A stretch of DNA of 64,000 bases, from positions 92,658 to 156,657 of IMG/VR virus record IMGVR_UViG_3300044733_003647; one strand, given 5' to 3'. The stretch's first letter is position 1. The number at the start of each line of letters is the position of its first letter. The DNA comes from a virus. The notes under the pieces are model-generated. The model was not told the DNA's origin, did not search any database, and saw nothing but the letters and a program-made list of their open reading frames with translations. The translations under genes were made by a program, and so were the position numbers. Below are positions 36,555 to 46,208 of the stretch, piece by piece.

Positions 36555-36800
36555 ATGAATATCAAACCACTGAAAAATAAAGTTGTTGTTGAACGTGTGG
36601 AGAATGTAAAAACTACGGCTTCCGGAATTATTCTAAGGTCCTCACCGGAACCAGACAAAGCAAAAGTTTTAGCTGTTGGTCCAGATGCTGAAGATGTATC
36701 TGTTGGTGATGTTGTACTGCTTGATTGGAATGCAGCCGTACCAATCGACAATAAATATGTTGTATCAACAACAAGTATTGTTTTAATCTACGGAGATTAA
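36555..36800 (+). CDS. groES: GroES-like co-chaperonin
   Basis: IKPLKNKVVV, TTASGIIL, VLAVGP, VSVGDVV. Confidence 0.9.
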   Translation: MNIKPLKNKVVVERVENVKTTASGIILRSSPEPDKAKVLAVGPDAEDVSVGDVVLLDWNAAVPIDNKYVVSTTSIVLIYGD

Positions 36801-36801
36801 T

Positions 36802-36984
36802 ATGTCTGACGGCGGCAAAGGATCAAGCCCAAGACCATACAGTGTTGACCAAAAAACTTTTTCAGAAAATTGGAATAATATTTTCAAGAAAAAAGATCCA
36901 AAAGAAATCGATGATGCAATCGCTGAAGATGAAGAGTTCAAGCGAATTGCATCATTGAATAACCTAAAACAAAAACATAAATAA
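36802..36984 (+). CDS. Hypothetical protein
   Basis: GGAG SD; MSDGGKGSSPRP start. Confidence 0.65.
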   Translation: MSDGGKGSSPRPYSVDQKTFSENWNNIFKKKDPKEIDDAIAEDEEFKRIASLNNLKQKHK

Positions 36985-36987
36985 TTT

Positions 36988-37060
36988 GGCGGGTTGGTGA
37001 AACAGTATCACAGTGGGCTCATAATCCTCAGTTCCGGTGCAACTCCGTGACCCGCAACCA
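36988..37060 (+). tRNA. tRNA-Met (CAT), initiator-like
   Basis: 1:72 mismatch, GGG in anticodon stem, CT-CAT-AA, CCA. Confidence 0.75.
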
Positions 37061-37062
37061 CT

Positions 37063-37716
37063 TTATTTGTTATTCAATGGATTGTCCAGTGCTTTCTGGA
37101 TTTTTGTATCCACTTCCTTCTTTAGAGTTTCAACCCTTCCGTTGACTTCTCTTTTCATCACATCAACATCTCTAGCAATTTCTTTCTTTGTTGTATCAAC
37201 TTCTTTAGAAATTTCACGGCGTGCATCCGCCACTTCTTTACGTATTGATGCAACTTCACCTCTTGCTTTTTCTAAATCTTCACGAATATCTTTTCGTGCC
37301 TGACGCATTTCTGCCTCAGTTTCTCTTTGTGCTTGCTTGACACCACGTTCAATTTGTTCTGTCACTGATTCGTTTCTACGAATATCATTCTTCAGATCAT
37401 TCTTAATGTCTCTAGTGTAGTCTGAAGTTTTGGCACTGTTTTCTTCAATAACTGCAAGCCTCTTATCGAATTCGGATAAATCTGGTGCAATGTATTCAGC
37501 AATTTTCTTTTTCATCCCTTGATAGTCTTTATAGACTTCAAATGCACCATAGAGACCACCAAGTGTGGATGATACGATAGTGAATGCTACCATTAATTTT
37601 GCTGGAGTGAATTCGTAACCGCCGATGCTAATTACGGTATCTTTGCTTGCATACTTCTTTACTGCTGCTTCAGCATCATCAATTTTTTTGTTAACGTTTT
37701 TAATTTCTTCCGTCAT
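37063..37716 (-). CDS. Membrane-anchored coiled-coil protein
   Basis: One TM segment followed by 11-residue-type helical repeats. Confidence 0.75.
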   Translation of the reverse strand: MTEEIKNVNKKIDDAEAAVKKYASKDTVISIGGYEFTPAKLMVAFTIVSSTLGGLYGAFEVYKDYQGMKKKIAEYIAPDLSEFDKRLAVIEENSAKTSDYTRDIKNDLKNDIRRNESVTEQIERGVKQAQRETEAEMRQARKDIREDLEKARGEVASIRKEVADARREISKEVDTTKKEIARDVDVMKREVNGRVETLKKEVDTKIQKALDNPLNNK

Positions 37717-37717
37717 T

Positions 37718-39439
37718 TTAGTTCCTGTATTGTTGATTGACCATTTCTTGATGTAATCTATCGGATGATAGTTGTCTCAATGCTCTAACATTATCTACAG
37801 TCACTTGGTTTTTATAAATCTCCTCAGGTTTGTATAACTGACCATCCCTGAGTGTTAAACTCATATAAGCATTAAATCCTGGCGGCGTAACTGCCATTCT
37901 GTTTATGTCTATGTTACCAGCCAATTCATTTGGTTGTACGTTGCTCTTAACTGTTTCTGTTTTTTGGTCCGCCGCCGAAGTTTCTATTATAGGTTTCTGT
38001 TCCAAAATTGATTTTATCGGACTATCATTACTCATAAAATTTGATTGAGCGACCATTTCAATCTGACTTTCGTTTTGTCTAAACACACTTGTTGTAGAAA
38101 AATTAGGCAAAAGTACAGGTTGTGTTAGCAGTGAATAATCGATTTTAGAAACTTCAACTTGTTGTATTTGTGTATTCACCTGTTCAATTGGTTTTTGTAT
38201 TTGTTGAGTCTGATTTACAACTACAACAGGTTCAAAATTAAAACTGTTTTGTCCGTTTGTTTGTGCATTTTGTAATTGAATATTTACAATACTCGTTTGT
38301 TGTGATTCTGTTGCCGCTTGTTGTTGTGTTGCATTGTTTCTTTGATTGTTTTCAATGACCATGTTTGTTTGGTCTTGTGCATTTGCTATTGCACTTGAAA
38401 CTTCTTGTAGTGCATTTTCAACAGCAGCAGTTTGCGTGGCTCTGTCATTTGCTTGTATTTGGCGAACCACACTCATTATAAGAGACATGTTCGGACTAGA
38501 TTTTGTTTTTTCTTCCTGTTTTTCAGACTCTGTTTTTTGTGCCGATTCTTTTACGGATTGTGGAATATTATCTGGTGCGCTTATTGTTCCACTAGTTGAT
38601 ACTTCAACACCGCCAGCGTCAACAGTTATTGTTGATGGTTGTACATCAGAAGTTGTTGGCAGAACTGTAGATATTATTGGTGTTGAAATTGTGACAACAG
38701 TTGCTGTGGTTGCTGGCGTTAAACTATTGATTGCACTCAAGTAACCTGGACAAGTAGGTGAACTTAACACATTGACAGAACATGGATCAACAGTGTATTT
38801 TAAAGAAAAAGAAACATTAATCACTTCTGGCCCATAAGGACCTGACCAACCATTGTTGTCTCTACCTATGAAACCGTATTGAACTTGTCCAATAGAAGAA
38901 GCATTTAAAGGAGAAGTAAAATTCTCGGAGAAATTAAAATTGGTCCAATTAAATTTGTAATTTAAATCGTATGAATTACCATATAGTAAATTACTGGTTC
39001 CTCTACCGCCTGTAGTATCCCAAAAACGAACAAGCGCCGCCAATTGGTCTACGCGCCCATCGTCCCATCCATTACCGTTCTTTGCTCTGAATCCAAAGTT
39101 ATATCCTGTGACTTGTAATCCAGGTGTAGAACTTGGCAATATGCTTGAAATGTCTTGTTGCTGATAAAGGTAAGTTGAACCAAAAGAGAAGTTTATGTTA
39201 TTTCCTGGACCAACAATAGCATTAGGACCACAATAACCAGGTTGTCCCCAAGACCAACATGTCAAGTTGTCTTGATAAACACCATTCACCCAAGATGAAG
39301 GACCACCTTGATTTGTCGGTAGAACTATATTACCTGTATTGTATATTTGACCCGCAATTAAATCCTGTGCGTTACTTGATAAGCTTGTGAACAAGAACGC
39401 CAAGGAAACTGCCGATGCCAATCTTTGTATACGAATCAT
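37718..39439 (-). CDS. Secreted protein with beta-rich N-domain and Gln/Thr-rich stalk
   Basis: Signal peptide, Cys pairs, low-complexity linker; 573 aa. Confidence 0.75.
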   Translation of the reverse strand: MIRIQRLASAVSLAFLFTSLSSNAQDLIAGQIYNTGNIVLPTNQGGPSSWVNGVYQDNLTCWSWGQPGYCGPNAIVGPGNNINFSFGSTYLYQQQDISSILPSSTPGLQVTGYNFGFRAKNGNGWDDGRVDQLAALVRFWDTTGGRGTSNLLYGNSYDLNYKFNWTNFNFSENFTSPLNASSIGQVQYGFIGRDNNGWSGPYGPEVINVSFSLKYTVDPCSVNVLSSPTCPGYLSAINSLTPATTATVVTISTPIISTVLPTTSDVQPSTITVDAGGVEVSTSGTISAPDNIPQSVKESAQKTESEKQEEKTKSSPNMSLIMSVVRQIQANDRATQTAAVENALQEVSSAIANAQDQTNMVIENNQRNNATQQQAATESQQTSIVNIQLQNAQTNGQNSFNFEPVVVVNQTQQIQKPIEQVNTQIQQVEVSKIDYSLLTQPVLLPNFSTTSVFRQNESQIEMVAQSNFMSNDSPIKSILEQKPIIETSAADQKTETVKSNVQPNELAGNIDINRMAVTPPGFNAYMSLTLRDGQLYKPEEIYKNQVTVDNVRALRQLSSDRLHQEMVNQQYRN

Positions 39440-40490
39440 CTTTTTTCTCTTTTATTGGTGCAGGAACTTTATTTGGATTTGCTTGCCATTCAACCTTTGC
39501 AGCCTCACCAATTTTTCCCTCGTAGGGGCATGGAGTGCCGGCGGCCATCATTGCGTCCCAAACTCTGCGGTCTTGGCACATTGTAGCAACGGCGGCGACT
39601 TTCATTCCCATATCAAAAAGAGTTTTAGATAATTTTAATCTTTCACAATTTTCGTCACGTATAGTACCACCAGAACTTACACCAAAAATTTGTGTTTGTA
39701 CCGCACTACTAGAACCAGTAGTACACAAATCGTTGTTACCACCACTCATCATTGTTGGCGCAACCGCTGTAGGTGGCGGTTGAATTATTCTTTGTGTAAT
39801 ATTACTTTCATTAATATTGCGATTTGTCATGTCACCAGAGTTGACATTGTTATTTGTGTTTGTGCTTGTTGATGCACTAGTATTTGTATTAACATTGTTA
39901 TTGTTATTTGTCATCGTGCCTGTATTCACATTGTTATTTGTGTTTACGTTTGTACTGGTGCTTGCACTAACATTGTTATTGTTATTTGTCATCGTGCCAG
40001 AATTTATATTATTATTCGTATTCACATTTGTAGATGTGCTGGCGTTGGTGTTGACGTTATTGTTGTTATTAGTCATCGTGCCAGAATTTATATTATTATT
40101 CGTATTCACACTCGTAGATGTGCTGGCGTTGGTGTTGACGTTATTGTTGTTGTACGTCATTGTACCACTATTCACGTTGTTGTTATTGTTCGTAACTGTG
40201 CTAGTGGAAGTTGAAGCATTGACGTTATTGTTGTTGTACGTCATTGTGCCAGTGTTCACGTTATTATTCGTGTTTACACTGGTGCTTGTATTGACATTCG
40301 TGGAGACACTATTAACATTAGTGTTATTAGTGTTGACGGTCGTAGCCGTGCTAGTATTGTTTGTATTTACGGTGCTTGTCGAGGTAGATGTACTGTTTGT
40401 GTCTACCAGCGTACTCGAATCATAGGTGGTCTGCGCGACCGATGACAAAGACATTACAAAAAGCACCATTGCGGTTAGCTTTTTGAACAT
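39372..40490 (-). CDS. Secreted Asn/Thr-repeat protein with Cys-rich C-domain
   Basis: Signal peptide, repeats NNNVNSGTMT, PPPTAVAP..C..C..C domain. Confidence 0.8.
   Translation of the reverse strand: MFKKLTAMVLFVMSLSSVAQTTYDSSTLVDTNSTSTSTSTVNTNNTSTATTVNTNNTNVNSVSTNVNTSTSVNTNNNVNTGTMTYNNNNVNASTSTSTVTNNNNNVNSGTMTYNNNNVNTNASTSTSVNTNNNINSGTMTNNNNNVNTNASTSTNVNTNNNINSGTMTNNNNNVSASTSTNVNTNNNVNTGTMTNNNNNVNTNTSASTSTNTNNNVNSGDMTNRNINESNITQRIIQPPPTAVAPTMMSGGNNDLCTTGSSSAVQTQIFGVSSGGTIRDENCERLKLSKTLFDMGMKVAAVATMCQDRRVWDAMMAAGTPCPYEGKIGEAAKVEWQANPNKVPAPIKEKKDDSYTKIGIGSFLGVLVHKLIK
39820..40345 (-). repeat. Coding tandem repeats (~75-84 nt units)
   Basis: Near-identical DNA copies 84 nt apart (CCAGAATTTATATT at 39997 and 40081). 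Confidence 0.8.
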
Positions 40491-40518
40491 TTATTTTCCT
40501 TTTTAACCACTATTTTGA

Positions 40519-40594
40519 TTGACAAAAAATCATTTTGTATGTATAATCACAAAGTCAAATAGGAATAATTTTTCTATCAATACATATATTTATA
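40519..40594. promoter_or_regulatory. Face-to-face promoters: sigma70 (+) for gp43 operon and late TATAAATA (-) for minus-strand trio
   Basis: TTGACA-17-TATAAT at 40519-40547; TATTTATA at 40587-40594. Confidence 0.7.
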
Positions 40595-40616
40595 AACTTT
40601 TCGAAAAGGTAAAAAA

Positions 40617-40928
40617 ATGAAAATCTTAACAGCCAAATTAATTACACACGAAGAAATTTTAGGTGAAGTGGAAAAAGAAAGTATGGAATCAATCACTTTC
40701 AAAAATCCTGTGGCAATTTCTATTGTCCGAGGTAAAGATGGGGCACCAAATGTAGGATTTTCACCTTTTCCATTACATGCCGAACAAAAATCCGGATTTA
40801 TTATTGACATAGATAAGAGAAATATTGTATACTCTTACGAACCCGCAGAAGATTTCAAAAGCAACTACAACCAATTATTCGGGTCTGGCATCATTCTACC
40901 CAAACAACAAAGCATCATTACCGGTTAA
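40617..40928 (+). CDS. Conserved hypothetical protein (Sm-like)
   Basis: KLITHEEILG..YNQLFGSGIILP; precedes gp43. Confidence 0.7.
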   Translation: MKILTAKLITHEEILGEVEKESMESITFKNPVAISIVRGKDGAPNVGFSPFPLHAEQKSGFIIDIDKRNIVYSYEPAEDFKSNYNQLFGSGIILPKQQSIITG

Positions 40929-43471
40929 TGTCTAATTTCTACACCAATGTTCAAGCCCTAGGCGGCAAGATCCTGTATCGCGGGATCATGGACGGAAAAC
41001 GTATCAAACAAAAGGTTGACTACGAGCCATCACTATATCTTCCTGCCAAAAAAGATAAAGGCACTCACAAATCCCTTGATGGTCTGGACTTGTCTGAAAA
41101 ACGTTTCGACAGTATCTACGAAGCGCGAGAATTCTTTAAGAAGTATGACGGCATTCCTGGTGCACCAAAAATCTATGGTAACACCAGGTACGAATATGCA
41201 TTCATTGCAGATCAACATCCTACGATGGTTGATTGGGATCAGGATAAAGTTTCTATCGCTATCGTAGATATTGAGGTTGGTTCAGAAAATGGATTTCCCG
41301 ATCCTTATCTGGCCAACGAACCCATCACCGCAATTGCAATCACTTATATCAACGGCAAAACCTATGTGTTCGGATGTGGTGATTATGAAGTACAAGGTGA
41401 CGAAGTTTATATTAAGTGTAAAGATGAATGGACTCTTTGCAAGAAGTTCCTGATGTTGTGGTCAGACAATTGCCCAGACGTTATCACTGGTTGGAACACA
41501 AAGTTTTTCGATATTCCTTATCTCGTTAATCGTTTTCGTAAAATCTTGGGTGAAGATGACACGAAGAAACTTTCGCCTTGGAATTATATTTCCGAACGCA
41601 AAACAAACATCAATGGCAGAATGTTAATTGCCTATAGTTTTGTTGGTGTCGAATCTCTAGACTACATCGAACTCTACAAATGGTATGCGCCGGGTGGCAA
41701 GTCACAAGAATCTTATCGTCTTGATAATATTGCAAACGTTGAACTTGGTGAAGGTAAAATCTCATACGATGAATATGAAAACTTGCATCAATTGTATCGA
41801 TTGAACTTCCAGAAGTTTATTGAATATAACATCAAAGACGTTAAACTGATTCTTAAACTGGAAGATAAACTGAAACTGTTGGAACTGGCACTGACTCTTG
41901 CATATGATACCAAGTGTAACTATGAAGATGTGTTTGCACAGACACGCATGTGGGATTCACTGACATATTCCTATCTACTGCAACAGAAGATCATTGTACC
42001 ACCACGTGAGGTGCAGGACAAAGATTCCGCATTCGAAGGTGCATATGTTAAAGAACCTCAGGTTGGCCTACACAACTGGGTTGCCAGTTTCGACTTGAAC
42101 AGTCTGTATCCTCACCTGATGATGCAGTATAACATTTCGCCAGAAACTCTAATCGAACCGGCAGACTACACACAAGAAATGCGTGATGTTCTATCGCAAG
42201 GTGTTTCCGTTGACAAACTTTTGAAATGTCAAATTGACACATCAAGTTTATCTGGTGTTACAATCACACCAAATGGACAATACTTTCGAACAGATGTTCA
42301 AGGTTTCTTGCCTAAGATGATGGAAGAAATGTATATTGACCGCAGCAAATTCAAAAAGATGATGTTGGCTGCGAAACAGGAATATGAAAATGAAACCGAT
42401 GATTCAAAGAAGTATGACATTGAGAAACGGATCGCGAGATACAACAACCTACAACTCGCTAAGAAAGTCTCTCTCAATTCTGCTTATGGTGCTTTGGGTT
42501 CTCAGTATTTTAGATTTTACGACCTACGGATGGCTCTGGGTGTCACTACTGCTGGCCAGCTTTCTATTCGTTGGATTGAAAATAAGATTAACCAGTACAT
42601 GAATAATGTTCTTAAAACGGAAGGTGTTGATTATGTCATTGCATCAGATACTGACTCAATCTATCTCAATCTTGGACCTTTGGTGCAACATGCGATGGGG
42701 GACAGAAGTCAAGATATTAACAAGGCGATATCCTTCATGGATAAAGTTTGTGAGACTAAGATTCAACCGTTTATTGACAAGTCTTATGCAGAACTTGCTG
42801 ACTATGTTAAGGCATATTCACAAAAGATGCAAATGAAACGTGAAGGTCTGTCCAACAAAGGTGTTTGGACTGCCAAGAAGCGTTATATCTTAAACGTGTA
42901 CAACAACGAAGGTGTTCAATATAAAGAACCACAGATGAAGGTCATGGGACTGGAAATGATTAAATCATCCACACCATCGGCAATCCGTGAAAAGATGAAA
43001 GCGGCAATTCAGTTGATGATGACCGGTAATGAAAATGATGTTCAAAACTTCATTGCGAATTTCAGAGAAGAATTCAAAAGATTGCCACCAGAAGAAATAT
43101 CTTTTCCGCGTGGTCTCAATGGCCTGAACACATATTCTGATTCGGTTACACTATATAAGAAAGGTACACCAATTCATGTTAAAGGTGCAATTCTATACAA
43201 TCACAATCTGAAATTGATGGGATTGGAAAAGAAGTATCAGAAGATTCAAGAAGGTGAAAAAATCAAATTCACCTATCTCAAAATGCCAAATCACTTCAAA
43301 GATACCGTTATTTCTTTCCCTTCCAGAATACCAAAAGAGTTTGAACTTGACAGGTATATTGATTACGATGTACAATTCGACAAAGCATTTTTGGAACCAA
43401 TTCGTGTGATATTGGATTGTATGAAATGGAAAGTTGAGAAGAACAATTCTTTGGAAGACTTCTTCAGTTGA
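40928..43471 (+). CDS. gp43: DNA polymerase family B
   Basis: DIEV exonuclease, FDLNSLYP, KVSLNSAYG, SDTDS. Confidence 0.98.
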   Translation: MSNFYTNVQALGGKILYRGIMDGKRIKQKVDYEPSLYLPAKKDKGTHKSLDGLDLSEKRFDSIYEAREFFKKYDGIPGAPKIYGNTRYEYAFIADQHPTMVDWDQDKVSIAIVDIEVGSENGFPDPYLANEPITAIAITYINGKTYVFGCGDYEVQGDEVYIKCKDEWTLCKKFLMLWSDNCPDVITGWNTKFFDIPYLVNRFRKILGEDDTKKLSPWNYISERKTNINGRMLIAYSFVGVESLDYIELYKWYAPGGKSQESYRLDNIANVELGEGKISYDEYENLHQLYRLNFQKFIEYNIKDVKLILKLEDKLKLLELALTLAYDTKCNYEDVFAQTRMWDSLTYSYLLQQKIIVPPREVQDKDSAFEGAYVKEPQVGLHNWVASFDLNSLYPHLMMQYNISPETLIEPADYTQEMRDVLSQGVSVDKLLKCQIDTSSLSGVTITPNGQYFRTDVQGFLPKMMEEMYIDRSKFKKMMLAAKQEYENETDDSKKYDIEKRIARYNNLQLAKKVSLNSAYGALGSQYFRFYDLRMALGVTTAGQLSIRWIENKINQYMNNVLKTEGVDYVIASDTDSIYLNLGPLVQHAMGDRSQDINKAISFMDKVCETKIQPFIDKSYAELADYVKAYSQKMQMKREGLSNKGVWTAKKRYILNVYNNEGVQYKEPQMKVMGLEMIKSSTPSAIREKMKAAIQLMMTGNENDVQNFIANFREEFKRLPPEEISFPRGLNGLNTYSDSVTLYKKGTPIHVKGAILYNHNLKLMGLEKKYQKIQEGEKIKFTYLKMPNHFKDTVISFPSRIPKEFELDRYIDYDVQFDKAFLEPIRVILDCMKWKVEKNNSLEDFFS

Positions 43472-43488
43472 AATGAAAAGGAAATTAT

Positions 43489-44544
43489 ATGAGTATTCTT
43501 GATAAAATTAAAAAGAACAGTAGTATCAAAGATTCTGCTATTCTGGCGAAATCAAAATTCTTTACCGAAAAAGATATGATTCCAACGGCAGTTCCAGCAA
43601 TCAATATTGCATTGTCTGGTAAGCTAGATGGTGGTCTAACACCAGGTCTTACGATGTGGGCTGGTCCATCTAAACATTTTAAGACTGCATTTTCTCTGTT
43701 GATGGCTAAGTCTTATCTAGATAAATATCCTGATGCAGCACTGCTATTTTACGATTCCGAATTCGGTACTCCGCAGTCCTATTTCGATAGTTTTGGTATC
43801 GACACTGAGCGAGTGCTTCATACTCCTCTTACAGATATTGAACAATTAAAGTTTGATGTGATGCAACAGTTGACACAATTAGAACGTGGTGAACATCTTA
43901 TCATTGTGATTGATTCAATTGGCAACCTTGCATCCAAGAAAGAGGTCGAAGATGCACTTGAGGGCAAATCTGTTGCAGATATGTCACGCGCAAAACAAGT
44001 TAAGAGTTTGTTCCGTATGGTGACACCACACTTGTCACTAAAAGATATTCCAATGATTGTTGTCAATCACACATACAAAGAAATCGGTATGTTCCCGAAA
44101 GACATTGTTGGCGGTGGTACAGGCTCTTATTACTCAGCAGATAATATCTTCATTATTGGGCGCCAACAAGAAAAAGAAGGAACTGAAATTGTTGGTTATA
44201 ACTTCATTATTAACGTAGAAAAGAGTAGGTATGTTAAAGAAAAATCTAAAATCCCTGTGTCTGTATCTTTTGATGGTGGTATTAGCCGTTGGTCAGGTTT
44301 ACTTGATATTGCATTGGAATCCGGACATGTCATCAAACCCTCAAATGGGTGGTATAGCAAAGTGGATGTTTCCTCCGGTGAAGTAGAAGATAAGAAGTAT
44401 CGGGAAAAGGACACTCACTCAAAAGAGTTCTGGTTGTCTGTTTTGAAACAAAAATCTTTCCAAGAATTTGTTGAAAATAAGTATCGTGTTGCTGCAAGTG
44501 AAATCATGCAAAGCGAGAACGATGAGGGTGTTTTAAATGATTGA
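43489..44544 (+). CDS. uvsX: RecA-like recombinase
   Basis: GPSKHFKT, YDSEFG, DSIGNLAS. Confidence 0.96.
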   Translation: MSILDKIKKNSSIKDSAILAKSKFFTEKDMIPTAVPAINIALSGKLDGGLTPGLTMWAGPSKHFKTAFSLLMAKSYLDKYPDAALLFYDSEFGTPQSYFDSFGIDTERVLHTPLTDIEQLKFDVMQQLTQLERGEHLIIVIDSIGNLASKKEVEDALEGKSVADMSRAKQVKSLFRMVTPHLSLKDIPMIVVNHTYKEIGMFPKDIVGGGTGSYYSADNIFIIGRQQEKEGTEIVGYNFIINVEKSRYVKEKSKIPVSVSFDGGISRWSGLLDIALESGHVIKPSNGWYSKVDVSSGEVEDKKYREKDTHSKEFWLSVLKQKSFQEFVENKYRVAASEIMQSENDEGVLND

Positions 44545-44860
44545 GGGTATTGATTTCTGTTACATATATCCTAAGAATGATGCAACAACAGTTCACATCA
44601 GACTTCTACAAGGACCTTATAAAGATACCGTATTTAAATATGGTAAGGTTAAAATAAAAGAAGAAAGTGACGGAGTTCATTTACTTTTTGCTTATGATGT
44701 GTTAGAATCTGAAATCAAGAAACCAGCAAAGCTGGAAAAAGATGAAGATTTCAAAAATTATATTGGTGACTTATTGGTAGAAATAATGTCATTTAATATG
44801 GATGAGGATATTATTGATGAAACTGGAACAGACAATACTGAAAAACCTAATTTACAATGA
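44537..44860 (+). CDS. Hypothetical protein (syntenic with T4 gp40)
   Basis: Between uvsX and gp41; acidic 107 aa. Confidence 0.6.
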   Translation: MIEGIDFCYIYPKNDATTVHIRLLQGPYKDTVFKYGKVKIKEESDGVHLLFAYDVLESEIKKPAKLEKDEDFKNYIGDLLVEIMSFNMDEDIIDETGTDNTEKPNLQ

Positions 44861-46208
44861 TGAGTATCTACGCAAAGTTTTACCTTTCATAAAATCCGAG
44901 TATTTCACCGACAGAACCGACAAGACGATTTTTAATCAAATCGCATCGTTCGTTGAAACCTACAATTCGACACCATCAATCGAGTCGTTAGTTTTATCTA
45001 TTAAAGAAAATAGAAATCTGACAGAAACAGAACTAGAAAAATGCGAATCGTATCTTAAAGAAATTCAAGACGGTAAAAAAGAAGAATCCAAGATCGAATG
45101 GCTTGTAGACAAGACAGAACATTTTTGCCAAGAAAAAGCAATTTACAATGCAGTTCTCGGTTCAATTTCTATTCTTGATGGTAAAGATAAGACACATGAT
45201 AAGGGTCAGATTCCCAAGATTCTCTCTGATGCACTAGCTGTCAGTTTCGACAGTTCCGTTGGTCACGATTATCTGGAAAATTCAGATGATCGTTTTGACT
45301 TTTATCACCGCAAAGAAGAAAAGATTCCTTTCGATTTGGAATACTTCAACAAAATCACCAAAGGTGGTCTTCCTGCAAAGACATTGAATATTGCTCTTGC
45401 AGGCACTGGCGTTGGTAAAAGTTTGTTCATGTGTCACGTTGCTGCATCATGTATGGTTCAAGGCAAGAATGTGCTATATATCACCATGGAAATGGCTGAA
45501 GAAAAGATCGCAGAACGTATCGATGCGAACTTGTTGAACGTCACTGTTGATGATTTGGTCAACTTATCTAAGGATGCGTATGACAAAAGAATCGCAAAAT
45601 TAAGAGAGAAAACTGTTGGTAAACTAATCATCAAAGAATACCCAACAGCAGCAGCATCAGTAACACATTTTAGGACATTGTTGAATGAACTCAATCTCAA
45701 GAAAAGCTTTGTTCCTGATATTATCTTTGTGGATTACCTCAATATTTGTTGTAGTTCTCGCGTTAAGGCAGGATCAAACGTCAACAGTTATACCTATGTT
45801 AAGGCAATCGCAGAGGAATTGCGAGGTCTTGCCGTTGAGTTCGGATTACCAATTGTTTCTGCGACACAAACAACAAGAAGTGGATATACTTCTTCCGACC
45901 CCGGATTGGAAGACACAAGTGAGTCTTTTGGTTTGCCCGCTACAGCAGACTTGATGTTTGCACTGATTTCTTCCGAAGAACTGGAAGAACTCGGTCAGAT
46001 CATGGTCAAACAGTTGAAGAATCGTTATTCTGATCCAACACAATACAAACGATTCAGTCTTGGTATTGACAGAGCGAAGATGAGACTGTATGATGTAGAA
46101 CAATCTGCACAAGATGATATCATTGATTCGGGTAAAGATAAACCGTTGAACACTTTTGGTAATAGAGAAATGAAAGCCAAAAAAGCTTTCGAAGGTTTTA
46201 AAGTATGA
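44817..46208 (+). CDS. gp41: Replicative helicase
   Basis: AGTGVGKSL, TMEMAEE, VDYLNI, SESFGLPATAD. Confidence 0.96.
   Translation: MKLEQTILKNLIYNDEYLRKVLPFIKSEYFTDRTDKTIFNQIASFVETYNSTPSIESLVLSIKENRNLTETELEKCESYLKEIQDGKKEESKIEWLVDKTEHFCQEKAIYNAVLGSISILDGKDKTHDKGQIPKILSDALAVSFDSSVGHDYLENSDDRFDFYHRKEEKIPFDLEYFNKITKGGLPAKTLNIALAGTGVGKSLFMCHVAASCMVQGKNVLYITMEMAEEKIAERIDANLLNVTVDDLVNLSKDAYDKRIAKLREKTVGKLIIKEYPTAAASVTHFRTLLNELNLKKSFVPDIIFVDYLNICCSSRVKAGSNVNSYTYVKAIAEELRGLAVEFGLPIVSATQTTRSGYTSSDPGLEDTSESFGLPATADLMFALISSEELEELGQIMVKQLKNRYSDPTQYKRFSLGIDRAKMRLYDVEQSAQDDIIDSGKDKPLNTFGNREMKAKKAFEGFKV

Noticed and set aside
39820-40345. Possible CRISPR-like repeat array
   Set aside because: Repeats are in-frame degenerate coding units without unique spacers; no cas genes.
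39817-40425. 202-aa hydrophobic plus-strand ORF (Val/Leu/Phe rich)
   Set aside because: Antisense shadow of the Asn/Thr repeat gene; stop-free only because of AAC/ACA repeats.
40928-43471. Introns or inteins in gp43 (also gp17, gp41, gp23)
   Set aside because: Lengths are normal and ORFs uninterrupted; no intein signatures.
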